Below, piece after piece: positions 22,692 to 35,413 of a stretch of DNA of 64,000 nucleotides. Position 1 is the first letter of the stretch; the number at the start of each line of letters is the position of its first letter. The stretch is taken from positions 477,745 to 541,744 of the forward strand of contig NW_005434653.1 in the NCBI RefSeq assembly GCF_000315625.1. Reading direction: 5' to 3'. Source of the DNA: Guillardia theta CCMP2712 (Eukaryota > Protista > Cryptophyta). The position numbers were made by a program, and so were the translations under genes. The notes under the pieces are model-generated. The model saw only the letters and a program-made list of their open reading frames with translations. It was not told the DNA's origin and did no database searches.

Positions 22692-25508
22692 ATGGGCTCT
22701 TTTGGAGCATGGCTAGCAAGGAACCCCCTCCAACAGTCGTCAGAGAGCATGTAAGTGTGTCGCGCTGGCCTCATGCAGGAAACGCTCTCACCGTTCGCTG
22801 AGTGTATCCTTGTTGCTGAGCAGAAGCAACAAGAGCCCAGGTATTCGCGTAACGGTCGAGGAACGAACCGGATTCGTCACGATCGCGGAGCTTGAGGGAG
22901 GAACTTCAGCATGGCATAGGTGAGATTTGTATGGTTTCAATCTTTCTCCTCTCCTCTCCTCTCCTCTCCTCTCCTCTCCTCTCCTCTCCTCTCCTCTCCT
23001 TTCTCTTCGCTTCTCCCTTCTCCCTGCTACTCTCGTTTGCTCCACTCACTCTCACTATCAGTCCTCTCAACATCGGTGATCGGATCACACATGTCGGCAC
23101 GCAGTCGGTGAAGGGGAAGACCAAGAAACAGATTCACGAGATGCTGTGCGGAGTCGAAGGCTCTTCGGTGGAAGTGCGTGTTGATGTGAGGCAGAAAGGG
23201 AGCGAGAATGTCTCAGGGCTGTGCCAGACCCGGAAGAATGTGCAGAGGGTCGTGAAGCTAGTGAGGGGAGCTGTTGTGCATGACGATGCGGCCAACGAGA
23301 AAGAATCTTGCACCCTGCAGGTCCAGGTGAACGAGACGCAGAACTGTTCAGGTTCGCTCAACCTGGGCCTCCTGTGCATGCCTACCGAGCACATCATCTA
23401 CATCTTCAAGCTTCAGAAGTCCGGGTTCAGCTGGGAGGTCCAGAAGCGTTTCTCTGACTTCCTCGCGTTTGACACGAAGCTGAGGGCGAAGTTTGGCAAC
23501 AAGAAGCTGGACTTGTTGCTGGCCGAGAGCAAACTACCTGGGAAAGCGTTTCTTGACAAGGCCTCTCAAGGGCTGATCACGAAGCGCAAGAGGCGTCTGG
23601 AAGAGTACATTCTAGCGCTTGCAAGCCATCGAGCGATCTCTCGAGACGATTTGTTCATGAACTTCCTACAGTTTCCAGACGATCTTTACTCTCCCCAACC
23701 TGCAACCAGCGCAGGACAAGACCTTCAGAGCTGGGAGCAGGAAAGTTGGGACGAGGAGATTGAAGGAGATCCGTCGGCTGGGAGCAAGGGGCAGGGGGAC
23801 GGGGCTCAGGGAAAGCGAGTGAGGGAGGTGAGGGCGGAGGTGGTGGACTTGGACTCTCTTGGAAATCGTTTCGACATCTTTTCGCACGTCACCATCCGCA
23901 ACGCAGCGGAGATGCTGGAGAAGGCAAGTGCGAGCCAGGTGCAACATGAGATCTTTGGGCACTGCAAGATCTTCATCCTCGACCACTTTGAAGCTGTCTC
24001 GCGCAGCGAGGGCTTTCTCTTTCTCCCTGAAAATCTGCTGAAGGAGATCCTGGCCAGCGACAAGCTCCGAGCCAAGGAGGAGATCGTGTATGAGTCCGTG
24101 CTGAGCTGGATGCAGGCGCAGAAGAGGAGGGAGGGAAACAACCCCAGGAGAGGGGACGCGGCGTACTCATCGAGAGCGCATGACGACTTGCTGCGTCTCG
24201 TCCGGTTTCCTCTCATGCCGTCCGAGACTCTCGTCCTCCGCGTCCTCCATGGCAAGGAAGCAGAAACATTGAGTCTCCTGCGCGACCTGGCGACTGAGGC
24301 CGTCACCTTGCAGGCCGTCCCTGCGCACCTGAGAGATCGAGTCAAGCTCAAGTTTCTCACCCCCTCGCAGTGCATGCGGAGGACACCAAAGATCTCTCTC
24401 GAGAAGCTCGCAGCTGGCCCCTCCGGTCCTCCTTCCCATCCCTCCAGCGCCAGACCCGCCGTCAATGCTGTCGACCACAGCTCCCAACATGCTGGCTCAA
24501 TGAGCGAGAGGATCGTGGGTGAGCAGAGGAGGAGGAGGAGGAAGATGGGAAAACTGGCGATGGAGGTGGTCAAGAAGGACCTCGTCGCTCATATCGTGTC
24601 TGTAGGTAACAAGTCCCTTCTTGACGATCAGCGGACTCAGGGGCCGACCTCCTCCTCTGCTTCTCATGCGAACGCATTTTATGGCCGCTCGAAGACAAAA
24701 GAAGTGACCAGGATGGTGACAGACAGAGAGCAGCCGAGTGTGCGAGGCGGAAAGGAAGAGAAGGCGGAAGTGCAGACGGTTCCTATCGAGTGGTCGTGAG
24801 GATTTTCGTGTCTGACAAATTCTCTGTAGCAGCACGATGGCTCAGTCGGACAAGAGACCATCAAGAAGGTGAAGTGGACGTGCTTGCAGTTGGTCATGAG
24901 AGCTTGTTTGTGTGCTGATTTAGCGTCAGAAGCTGGTGTCGCTGCAAACACTTTCCGAGCGCAACGACCTGTACCTCAAGGTAAGCGATGTTTTCTCCTC
25001 CTGCTCCTCCTCGTCGTTCCTGCTCCTCCTCCCCTGCTCTTCCTAAGTTCCTACCAGCGGCTAGTGGAGAGCGGGCTGGTCGACGACTCGCATCCGTCGC
25101 TGTCAACCAGGTAGGAAGGAAGCCTGGGGGATGATGGCTGACCGTGACCAGGAGGCTCTTCCATGAAACTCGGCAGGGCGAGCAGCAGGAGGCGAGTGGA
25201 GGAAGAGCGAGGCTGTCGGAGGACGTCGCGCAGTCGCTCATCGACCTTGATCTGATCCACAAGTGAAGCTCGCTCAGCTCCTGCGATGATCGACCGTTGT
25301 AGTGACTCTCGGCAGGCACCGGCACCGGCCCGAGGACACGAGGCTGCCGAGGTGCGCGAGTTGGGAGTGCCCGATGGAGGTTGTGCTCCCTGATCATGAC
25401 AACAGGAGCACTCCAGCCAAGACGGTCAACCTCATGTGGGAGGGGGATGAGAAGCTCTTTGACGAGAGTGAAGACTCAAGAGCAGCAGTGAGTCGTTCTT
25501 ACACATGA
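22692..25508 (+). CDS. PDZ-PX-BACK multidomain protein; 3' exons uncertain
   Basis: PDZ: PGIRVTVEERTGFVTIAELEGGTSAWH|SPLNIGDRITHVGTQSVKGKT..LCGVEGSSVEV. PX: WEVQKRFSDFLAFDTKLR..LPGK..KRKRRLEEYIL..FMNFL. BACK: CKIFILDHFEAVSRSEGFLFLPENLLKEILASDKLRAKEEIVYESVLSW..LLRLVRFPLM. Confidence 0.8.
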
Positions 25509-26520
25509 CGTCAACTCTCCTCCTCCTTCTGACTTCACCTTGACTTCACCTTTCCCCTGTTACCTGCACTTCTCACTTCCTTGTTGCTCTTCTCCTCCTC
25601 TTCACTGTCATGACCTCGTCTCTGATGGCCTCTCCTCCACTCCCTCCTACCACATACCTGTTGTGCCGAACTTGATTTGACATTTTTCTGCCCCCCCCTC
25701 CCCCCCCCCCGCCTCCTTTCTCCATTGTCTCCCTCCTCCCCGCCTACCTTGTGTTTGATGTACAGCACGTTGTCATTTGAGACACTTCTTCCTCCGTGAT
25801 TTTCCCTGTTTGCTGTCAATCCATCAACACTGTTCCATTAAATGTCTTTTTACCTCCTTCCACGTCTCCTGTCTCGCTTCCCTTTGTTTTATCTTGTCAG
25901 TCTGAAGAGGTTTCAACGACCAGTTGCATAGAGACGATTCGTGCATTGGCCGAACGCTCTGTCATCTGAACGTTGTTGTTCCGGGGGATGTCTGAATGAT
26001 TCATGTGCATGTCTTCACAATCTTGGTAACAAGGTGGACAGGAGATTCAGGAGATTTGGAAACGAACGTTTGCTCGCCCGCCAACACCGCAAGAACTAGA
26101 TCGTGTTGTAATCTAATACAGGTGATTTCCCGACCGTCGATGACACTGAGCGGGTTAAGAACTTCACCCTCGCATGAAGAGGGGAAGGGACAGAACAGAC
26201 AAGTTACAAGCAGTTCCTCCATGCAACCAAGAAGCAGAGGCGTCAGGAGTTTTAGGAACGACAAACTGAGAGGATAGAAAGGAACCTCCTGCTGTTTACA
26301 GAGCTTCTACGTGAATTCATGTTGAAGAATAGACTATCTCCTAGCAGTTGAGATATCCCTCCCAGTTCCCTAATGTAGATTACCCTTAGACATCTGCTCT
26401 ACATCGCCTCTCTGATCTAGCTATCCTCCTATGTTGAATCCAACATCCTGTACAACCAGAACCGAGCCTTGACTTTATGTTGTTTTATTCCGCGTAACGT
26501 TGTCAGTGCATCAGGGTCGT

Positions 26521-27840
26521 TTACTTGCCGGTGATCAGCTCGATGGGTCCCTTGCCGGTGATGAAGTAATGGTGGATCTGAACTCACTGTCAGCAGCTGT
26601 GACCAAAGATTCTTGCAACTCACAATTCCAGAGAAGGCGATCATGGCAAGGCGGCCGTTCTTGATCTCAGCAAGCTCAAGGCGAGCCCTGTCTCCTCCCT
26701 GACCCACCAAAGTCAGCACCCGCCTCCCCCATCTCTTCCCCTCCTCTCACCTTTCCGAGGCCGAGAGGATCAAATCCGAAGTCACCGGGCTTGCGTCCGG
26801 ATCCCTGCAAGAGCCTGTCAGCCAGGCTGTGAAAGGGGTTGACTGTCAAGACACCTGGAGCATCTGGATGACGGCGGCAGTGCTGATAGCCTCGAAGGAT
26901 CCCAACCAGAACAGCATCTGGCCCATGGTGCCGGTCTTGAGGGCAGCGTCGTGGAGCTTGGTCAGCTTGAGGTCGCTGCTGTAAACCTGTAGCCCCACGG
27001 TCATTTACGCTTCTTCTTGGCTATCTAGCTCACAGTCTCGGCCCCAGGGAAGCGGAAGAGATCCTGCGCGATGCATCCAGCAACGGCGAGCATAGCAACA
27101 CGGCAGTGCTTGAGCTCAGCCTCGCGCAACCACTTGATCTGTCACCGACGTCGTCAGCCCCTGATGTTGTCTCAACCTCTTAAGCTCACGTCGAGCCATC
27201 CGGAGATGGTGAGCGGGTCAAAGCCAACGTCTCCAGCCCAGGTTCCTGCACACACGTTGAGCGATCTCGCTGCAGGTCCTCTGCTGCTGTCACCATCGAA
27301 GGCTGGGGTGTTGGGGCGTCCGGCGAAAGGGATGGCAGTGACACCCTTGCCCTGGATCTTTCCATCACCAAAGAGCTGCATGCTGATGCCAGCATTGCCC
27401 GCACGGCCTGTACAAGAACGTGTTAGATCGCATATCTTTGGATGATAGAATACGGGCTTTAAGATGTGAACAACGACCAAACTCGACAAGAGTTTGTAAA
27501 GCGAACTACGGGACATCGAAGGACAAGAATGAGGACATGGTGACAAGCAACATGAGATAAGACACTAGTCTTGCATTCAATCCCATTGATTAGATATTTT
27601 ACGTCTCGATCTTCGTGCATCCATGCCGATCGAAGAAGATACATGATGATCCACAGTGACAACGACAACAAGGGTTCGCGGCACGAAATGACAACAAGGC
27701 ATAGACTGAATCGAGTGCGAGACAGGGTGGGAGGAGGAGAGAGGAGAGGAGAGGTACTTACGAGTAGCTGGGAGGAGAGAGGAAGGAGCGAAGGCAGAGG
27801 CCGAGGCTGCGACAGCCGCAAGGAGGAGCACGCGGAGCAT
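26521..27840 (-). CDS. Chlorophyll a/c-binding light-harvesting protein (Lhcr-type)
   Basis: Presequence [19 protein letters not shown], then [35 protein letters not shown] and [14 protein letters not shown] across about 8 exons. Confidence 0.95.
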
Positions 27841-28569
27841 GGCGGTGAGTGAACCAAAGGGAGGTGCCTCTCTACAAACACTGGGGTGGGGATTCCGTTT
27901 ACCAATAAAAATAGTTTTAATTCACTACGAGGCATGCTGTGATTTATCTGATGTTCATACTAATTCAATCGGAAAACTATTTTTCTTATACAAATATCAA
28001 AAACTATTTTGTTTGAAGCAATAGACTATTCGAATGACAGGTAATTTTGTTTGTATATCTTTTTTACAAATAAGTTTTTATAATTCTACCAAAAAGTGAC
28101 TACAATGGATCCCTACCACCTTCGTTTTTCCCTATCAAACCCACTATACCTCCTCCTTCTTTATCATAGTCTCCCAGTCAGAAAATGATGATAGTCCATA
28201 CCCAGAGCTGGTGGCTTCAGTGTGTTGTTTTAAAATATAATACAGAATGGTCAACGCGAACTATAAGTATTCTTGCTCAATTGTTTTCTTCATTTCGATA
28301 AAAATAGATTTTGCAAACGATTTGTTATTTTGAAAATTCAAACTTTACAAACAAATATTCGAAAATATATCAAAAATGTGCTAGAAAATGCCCTCGCTGC
28401 GAAAGGTAATGACCCACCCTACCGTCTGCCTATTTGTGATGCGTTTCTTATACCATGAGGACTTCACTCAAATTTGTTACGACAATAGAAAGAACCACAT
28501 CCCCCCTCATCCCACAACCTGGGCGACTGGCTGGCTGGCTGGGTGACAGCAGGCTCATCGTGTATGAGG

Positions 28570-28845
28570 GTGATGAGTTGCTCTCAGAGCCCGCCCCGGG
28601 CCCGCCGGCGTTCCGAGGCTGAGCGCCGGGCCGCACGGTCCCGGGCTCCCGGCCCCGGCAGACAGATGCCCTGCCCGAGCCTTCCAGGCTGCCAGCCTCA
28701 GTGCCCGGTCGTGGATTCGAACTTCGGAAGGCACTGCGCGCAGCCTGATACTGAGGATCATCCGAGGGGCGGCCCGGCGGCGACGGCGCTGTGAGACTGA
28801 GATCAAGTTCCGCCGGGCCCGGGCCCGGCGCCCGGGCCAGACTCA
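28570..28845. promoter_or_regulatory. GC island upstream of the pseudokinase-PARP gene, containing the perfect 20-bp palindrome CGCCGGGCCCGGGCCCGGCG (28811-28830)
   Basis: Palindrome checked by hand; preceded by an AT-rich spacer at 27900-28400. Confidence 0.5.
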
Positions 28846-28915
28846 TGAGGGGGATGAATTTGCAGTTTGTGGTTTCTCAGCAAGTGGAGGAAGGTAGTTG
28901 AGCGAGGGAGGAGGG

Positions 28916-31900
28916 ATGGCAGCGAGGGAGGAGGGAGAGGAGAAAGAAGCCCCACAAGACAAGGAAAGATCGAGATACTCTGATCTTGTCCACCTGGTCA
29001 GATCAAGATGCCTGGAGTCTTCTGACGTCTGATCGACCTTGTTTGTTGGATTGCTTTGTTGGAGACATGGGCTGATTCGAAGGTTTGAGCAGGACAAAAT
29101 GTCGTTGGAAATCTTCGTTCTTGTGGTGAAGATCAATCTATTCAATCTTCAGCATCGTTTGAAACTAAGGTCTTCTCAGGCCTTGGCCATTTTTTCTCTC
29201 CTTTGGTTTTTCGGGCTATCATCGCAAGTACCGGTAGATCATTGTTGTCCTCGTTGGTTTTGCTCACTTGGCATGCATGGTCTCTTGATACCAGCGGAAG
29301 TTGTCAGGGATCGCTTTACAAGTGCAGGACATCCGCGAGCAGTGCACGAAGGTGGGTTTGACTGAGAGCTGCCGGTCAGATCCCAGGAACTACCCGCATG
29401 CCTACGTGTGGGCCTATGTGGTAGGAGCCTGTCTGATCGAGGAGGCCACGTCACTCCTCATTCTGATCAAGAGCCCAACGTACTCCGATTTCTTCCTGGC
29501 TCTTGCAGACGCAGAGATCAAGTACCAGAAGTTCTTGGAGAGTGAGGAGGCGCTTGTGGAAAAGGCAGTCACGGTGACTTGCCGGCCTCCGTCGATAAGG
29601 TTTGAGTATGACAAGGATTACTTGAAGTCTCTGAGCGAAGAGATCAAGACGAGGGACGCTAGTCGATCGACCTTAGGGCAGTCCTTGAAGTTGCTCATGC
29701 AATGCGGGAAAGGACTCGATTGCGGGATGGAGACAGTGCTCGCTAGGATTTCTGAGATGAATTTGAACCTGAGCAAGTACTTGAAAGCTTTCCAGCGCAT
29801 GCGTGCTTTCGAAGCTGAATCCAACAGCACCAGAGATCGTTCTAAGGATGTTTGCCCCCTTCAAGGCTTGAAGACCGTCCTGGAAGAACACATGCAGGTC
29901 ACCTCTTCCGCCCTGTACTCCCCAGACGGAATCAAGCTTGCCCACTGTCGGTTGAGTTCTTGTCGTTTGCGGTATGTGAGAGAACGGGAAGATCAGGAAT
30001 GCAACGTGCTCTCCAAGTTGTCATCCTACGAGGAGCTTCCTGGCATGCTCGCGTGGGAAGACATGGCGCATGTGGTCAACCTCTTGCACAAGGTTCTGGG
30101 ACAGGAGGAGCAGATTGTGAACCTCAAGTGCAGCAAGGCGCGTCACTTCGATCGAGCTCTGCAGAGCATGGAAGGCATCCAGCACCCAGAGAGACTTCTT
30201 GACGAGCTCAAGGACATAGAGACAAGATGCATGCGACTTCGTCGTACCTATGAGACTTCCAAGTTGACATCCGAGACCTCTTGTGGTGACAGAATCCGCA
30301 ATGAGACGGCAGACAGGGAAGGTAGCAAGGCTATGGAGTTGTTTCATGACCTCTGTAGGAAGTCCGAAGTCATTGAGGACGAGCTACTGAACAAGGTCTG
30401 GCATGACTTCTCAGAGTTTCAAGTGATCCTGTCGCAAATGGTTGAGCGTCACTTTCCGAGGGACCGAGAGCATCGCGGAGAAAGTCTCATGACCAAGGAG
30501 GGGCGGAGCATCGTCAGGTTTCACTTGTTTCACTCCAATCAGAGGAGGCAATTCATCCGGCAGCTTCACTGTTTCTCTATGCTGGACCATCCCTTTGTCG
30601 AGAGCATGCTATCCTACGACGTCAGCATGTCTCGCGGTCTGGGATTGCTGGAGCTGCAGGACCCAACGAATCAGAACTTGTTCGCTTGGTTGGAGTTGAA
30701 GCCATCCCTGTCGAACAGATGGAGAGTTCTGTTCCAGATCTTGCTGGGTATTGTACACCTTCACGCGATGAAGATCGTCCACTGTCTTATCAACCCTCAC
30801 AACATTCTGATGTCAGGGTTTTCAGAAGTCAGCACCCCCCGCATCTCCAACTTCTCCTGCAGCATGAAGCTGGATGACCTCCGGTTGTCATCGTTTGTCG
30901 AAGCAGATTTGAAAGACGCAACACTTGATGACTTCGTCGCACCTGAACTGAAAGAGGAACCAATGCAAAGACCAAACTTCCCTGTTGACGTCTTTTCGTT
31001 CGGCTGTGTACTGAAGTTGATGTTCTATCCTACAGAAGGTTTCCTAGCCGAGCTCTTGGACAGCATCCTGGCCGAACAGCCGAGCAGCCGTCCCTCAGCT
31101 TGCAGCCTCGCACGGCATCGTATCTGGAGCCAGCAAAGTTGCAGCCAGGAAGTCGTCCACTCCAGAGAGGATGAGCAGCAGCGTGCTCTGCTGCTGCAAG
31201 AGCAAGCGCTACTGGAAGAAGAGCGGAAGCGCATTAAGCAGGAGGAGGAGTCCTTGCGGTCATTCTACGATTTTGTTTCTTCGGAGCACCAGAAGCTAGA
31301 GGACAGAGAGACTCAACTGAACTTGATGCAGTGCGAGGTTGAGGAGAGGAGCAAGGCTGTGGAGAAGAGGGCCAAGTACCTTGATCGTTCCGAGCACGCG
31401 TTGCATGCCAAGCATCAGATGATGGAGGACGTGCTCGACCACCACTTGGCCCAGGAGAAAGACTTGGAGGATCAGAAGAAGCGTATCAACGAGGAGCAGC
31501 AGGGGGTGGCAAAGATCATGAACCTGTACAAGCACCCGTCCTACTGGAGTTCTTCTGCTGCCTCCACCAACAGCCAGCTAGTGGACGTCACGGAAGAGAT
31601 GCGGAGGTTGATCACAGATCTGCTGCGAGACACGTCAGTTGTCGACCCTGCCATCACAGGACTGCGGGCTGATCGAACTGCTCCCATCGACTTCAAGATC
31701 CGCCAAATCCAACGAGTGGAGAACCCTCGGCTGTGGAAGGAGTACGCTATGAAGCGGGCCAGTATGGCAGAGATTGGCAGCGGCGGCCGTCGGGTGAATG
31801 TGCAGAGCATGAAGGAGTGGATGCGACTGATGTTGCACCCGCAAGAGGCTGCGAACGAGGTCTTGCTCTTTCACGGGACCCCCCAGCAGAACTGCTCCAT

Positions 31901-32228
31901 CATAACAGAGCAGGGCTTCGACGAGCGGGTGAGCAACAGAGCGGGCCACTTTGGGACAGGCATCTACTTTGCCGAGAACTGCACTAAGAGTCTGAGCTAC
32001 TGCCGGAGTGATGACTCGAGGTTCCTGTTCCTCACTCGCGTCCTCCTGGGGGACCCTCACTTCACACAGCAAGCGAATTCGAGCCTGCGCCGCCCCCCCA
32101 ACTCTTCCAGCACTACCCTGCACGACTCAGTGATCGGCACCCCCGGCCGAAGTGCAGCTCACAGGGAGTTTGTTACCTACGATCGGACGCAAACCTACCC
32201 TGAGTTCCTCATCCATATCGTCCCCTGA
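28916..32228 (+). CDS. Coiled-coil - pseudokinase - coiled-coil - PARP catalytic domain fusion
   Basis: Main exon 29301-32228. Kinase-fold remnants (LDHPFV, IVHCLINPHNILM, ISNFS, FVAPEL, DVFSFG). PARP motifs IQRVENPRLWKEY, LLFHGT, GFDERV, FGTGIYFAEN, RVLLG, REFVTYDRTQTYPEFLI. 5' exons approximate. Confidence 0.85.
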
Positions 32229-32830
32229 ACCAACCAGCTGGAGCCGTGGAGGGTCAGTACAGGGTCTGCGTTGGGATCATAGCACAAGTCGTGCGATGTT
32301 GCTAGTGTATTGGAGGAATTTACAGCTGTTATTGTGTCAGGGAGTCTTTGGGTCGAATGTTCATCGGGTAGGTCGCTCGCTGCACTTGGTGGACAGGAAC
32401 CTGCGTAAGGAAGTAAAGAGATGGAGCGAGAAGGGAAGGAAGGAGGGGCGGCAGACGGAGGGAAGGAAAGGATGAGAAACTTAGGGGCGAAGATGAGAGG
32501 AGGGTGAGAAAGTGAAAGAATAGAGGAGGGCAGAGGAAGAGGGGAGGGAAGGGAAGATTGAGAGGGAGAAGATGGAGGCAAGGCGCGGGGCAGCAAGGAG
32601 ATAGCATCTGTACAAAAGGCATAGACTTACGATCGAGTCGTCGGTGATCCTCCCGCCATCCCTTCCAAAAAGATAACCTGTGAACACTAAGTGAGAGAGG
32701 GATGGTACGGGCGAGGAGGAGCCGCCCACCAGTTCCAACCCCCTCGTTCATGGGCTGATCCGACTCGATGGCAGGGAGATGTGACTTCTCCACCTGTGCA
32801 TGTCGCGAGTCAGGCTGGACGGAAATCAAG

Positions 32831-35100
32831 TCAGCAGGCTTCGACCTCGTTGTTGATCGTGGAGCCGAACCAGCTGTCCACAAGGACCCCTGCAACCTCA
32901 GTCAGACCCACCGGTGATGCATGCTCGCCGCAACCAGGAAGAGGATGTTGGTCATGCACGCTAGAAGAGGGGTCCATCTTGATCTTGTCATTCCATTCTC
33001 CTCCCGTTGGGGCGGGAGGGAAGTCGGACAGGTCGAGGTGAGTAGTCGGATAGTAGTCGGGCTCGTTCTCGAGGTGGTAGTTCACAGGTTCATAGAGAGG
33101 CTGCGGAAAGCTCGTGAGAAGAGGAGGCGGGGCAGGACAGGAGCACGTACCATCTGCTGCAGCGTGTGATTGGTGACGTGGGAAGCTGAGAACAGAGGAA
33201 GGTTCTCCTGCTCGAAGGTTCGGTTGCGATCGTCGTGAGGAGACGTGCTGAGCGGCCAACTCCCATCGCCTTCTCCTTCCGCGCTGTTCCTGATGTGAAG
33301 GGGGTCAGCGTCCTGCTCCTCCTGCATGCCTTGATTCACCAGTGGCTAGGGGATCCATCCCAACTCCTCTCGCCTTGGTGCAAGTGCGCCTCTGCAGCTT
33401 GCGCAAAGGTTTGTGGCTGCTTCTCCTCCTCGTCCTCCTCCCCCTCAGCATTCTCCTCCTCTCCTTGCGATTCTTCTCCCTCCTTCTGGCAACACACATG
33501 GATGAGTCTCGACACTCAGAACCTCAAGCTCCAACCTGCTCCCCTTCGCTGGCAGCTTCCTCCTCAGCAGCCTCATGCTCCTTCCACATCCAACTCAGCT
33601 CACAGGAGAAATCAAGACATCCAATACCTCGTGCCCCGCAGCCCCCTCGCTTTCCTCAGAATTCTGCGGCGCAACCGGAGCCATGACGTCATCGTTCTCT
33701 TCGAATCGCAGCAGCTGCTTCTTCACAACCCTTCCAGCGCTCCTTGCACGGGCGCAAAGGGTCGAGTCCGTCGAGGAGCAAGGAACTCTGACGTCGTCTC
33801 CCACTCTCTGCAGCCTCTGATCGGAAAACAAGGAGTTGGCTCGCAGCGAACTCATCTTGCTGTAATCGACAGCCCCGAGGTGGTTGGCAGGAAGGATCTC
33901 GTCAGCAGCGTTGAAGAGTCCTCCACGCCTCACAACCGACGGGAGAGCAAGCTCCTCCAGCCTCCCCTTGGAGGCATAGCTCGTCCCCTCGTTCCCTGTC
34001 CACACTCCCATGCTGAGCCCGATGTCGTTGTGTCTAGCTTGCTGCCTCCTCGTCTTTTTGACGAGGTTGCGCCTCCCAAGTACTTGCGGAGCTCCGAAAC
34101 CCCAGACATTCACTCCTGGAAGCTTGCTCGTGGTCGCTGAGCGCTTGTCCTTGGAGGATGATCCGAATACCATCTCATCAAAAGCTTCTAGCCCGCTGAC
34201 CGAGGGCCTTGCCGAACGGTGGGGCATGACATTTCTGCGAGCTCTGCTAGAGTGCGACTTGATCAGTCTCGCTCCTCCTTTCTCCGCCAGTCTCTCTATG
34301 TCCTTCGCCACGACCGCTCCCTCCTTGGACACAGGAAGTGTTCGCAGGTACTTGGTTTGTTTTGCGCCCTTGGTCTGTTTCAACCATTCGCCTCCCTTGA
34401 CGTTGGCAGCGAGCTCGCCTGCTCTCTCATTCAGGATTTTGACATCTCTCTCCCCTCCCTCCTCCTCCTCCTCCTCCTCCTCCACCACCTCCTCCTCCAC
34501 ATCACCTGCACTGGCAAGAGCTGAGGAGCTGACGAGCCTGCCGGATTCCTTCGCCTCATTCCCGAAGAAGTCGTTGAACAGCCTCTTTTGGTTCTGCTTG
34601 AGGACCTCCAGCTGCCTCTCCCGCAGCCATCGCTTGTTTGCGCTCTGACTGAGTAGAGAGCCAAGGCCCATGCTCTTCAGCTGCTGGAGATGTGCGGCCT
34701 GCGATGACGTCAGCCAATCTCAGATGCTTCAAGGTAGCCCTCCCACTGACCCGCAACGAGCTTGCAGGTCCATCCTTCACAGCCCTGCAGGAGGATGAGC
34801 ACAGGTTCGCAGGAGGAGGAGGAGGGTCGCTCACCAGGACGCTCTCTGTCCTCGTTCGCCCCTGCTAGCTGATGCGAAGGGCGGGAGAACGGCACCCTCG
34901 TCCTCCTCGACCCTGACCTCGGCGCTGCGATGCGCACCCATCATGCCTGGGTACTCGGCGAGGAGGCTCTGACGCATCCCTGCTCCTCCCGCCATATCTC
35001 GTCCTCTCATCGCCATCCAGACGGCTGCTGCCATCGCCATCACGGACAGCCCCGCCATCCCGGCAACCCGCGGCAGCGACCCCGCGCCCCCTCGCGCCAT
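32831..35100 (-). CDS. Hypothetical N-terminally membrane-anchored protein (multi-exon)
   Basis: Hydrophobic segment VAGMAGLSVMAMAAAVWMAM, a long 358-aa exon (33595-34671) and a terminal exon PLYEPVNYHLENEPDYYP..EVEAC*. No domain recognised. Confidence 0.55.
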
Positions 35101-35413
35101 GCCGCTTGCACCTCTTCAGGTAACTCATCCCCCTCATCCCATATTACCGCCCCTCATCCCCCCTCATGACTTCACATTGAACTCTCAGTGAATTTGAATC
35201 GCAATCCTTGCCGGGCGACCGGGCCCTGGTCATAGCGGTGATGAGGGGTTGCCTGGTCCGGGTCGGGGAGAATGGTGGGACGAATCGAAGTGTAAAGGAG
35301 GGAGGAGGGAGGAGAGGAGAGGATAGGAGAGGAGACGATAGAGGAGAGAGGAGAGAGAAGAGGATATTTCCCAAGTTCAGTGAAAGAAAATCGGAGAGGG
35401 AGGCGAAGGAGCC

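Noticed and set aside
33235-34648. Long plus-strand ORFs (301 and 212 aa) and similar shadow ORFs at 43635-44471 and 51766-52611
   Set aside because: Antisense shadows of GC3-rich real genes.
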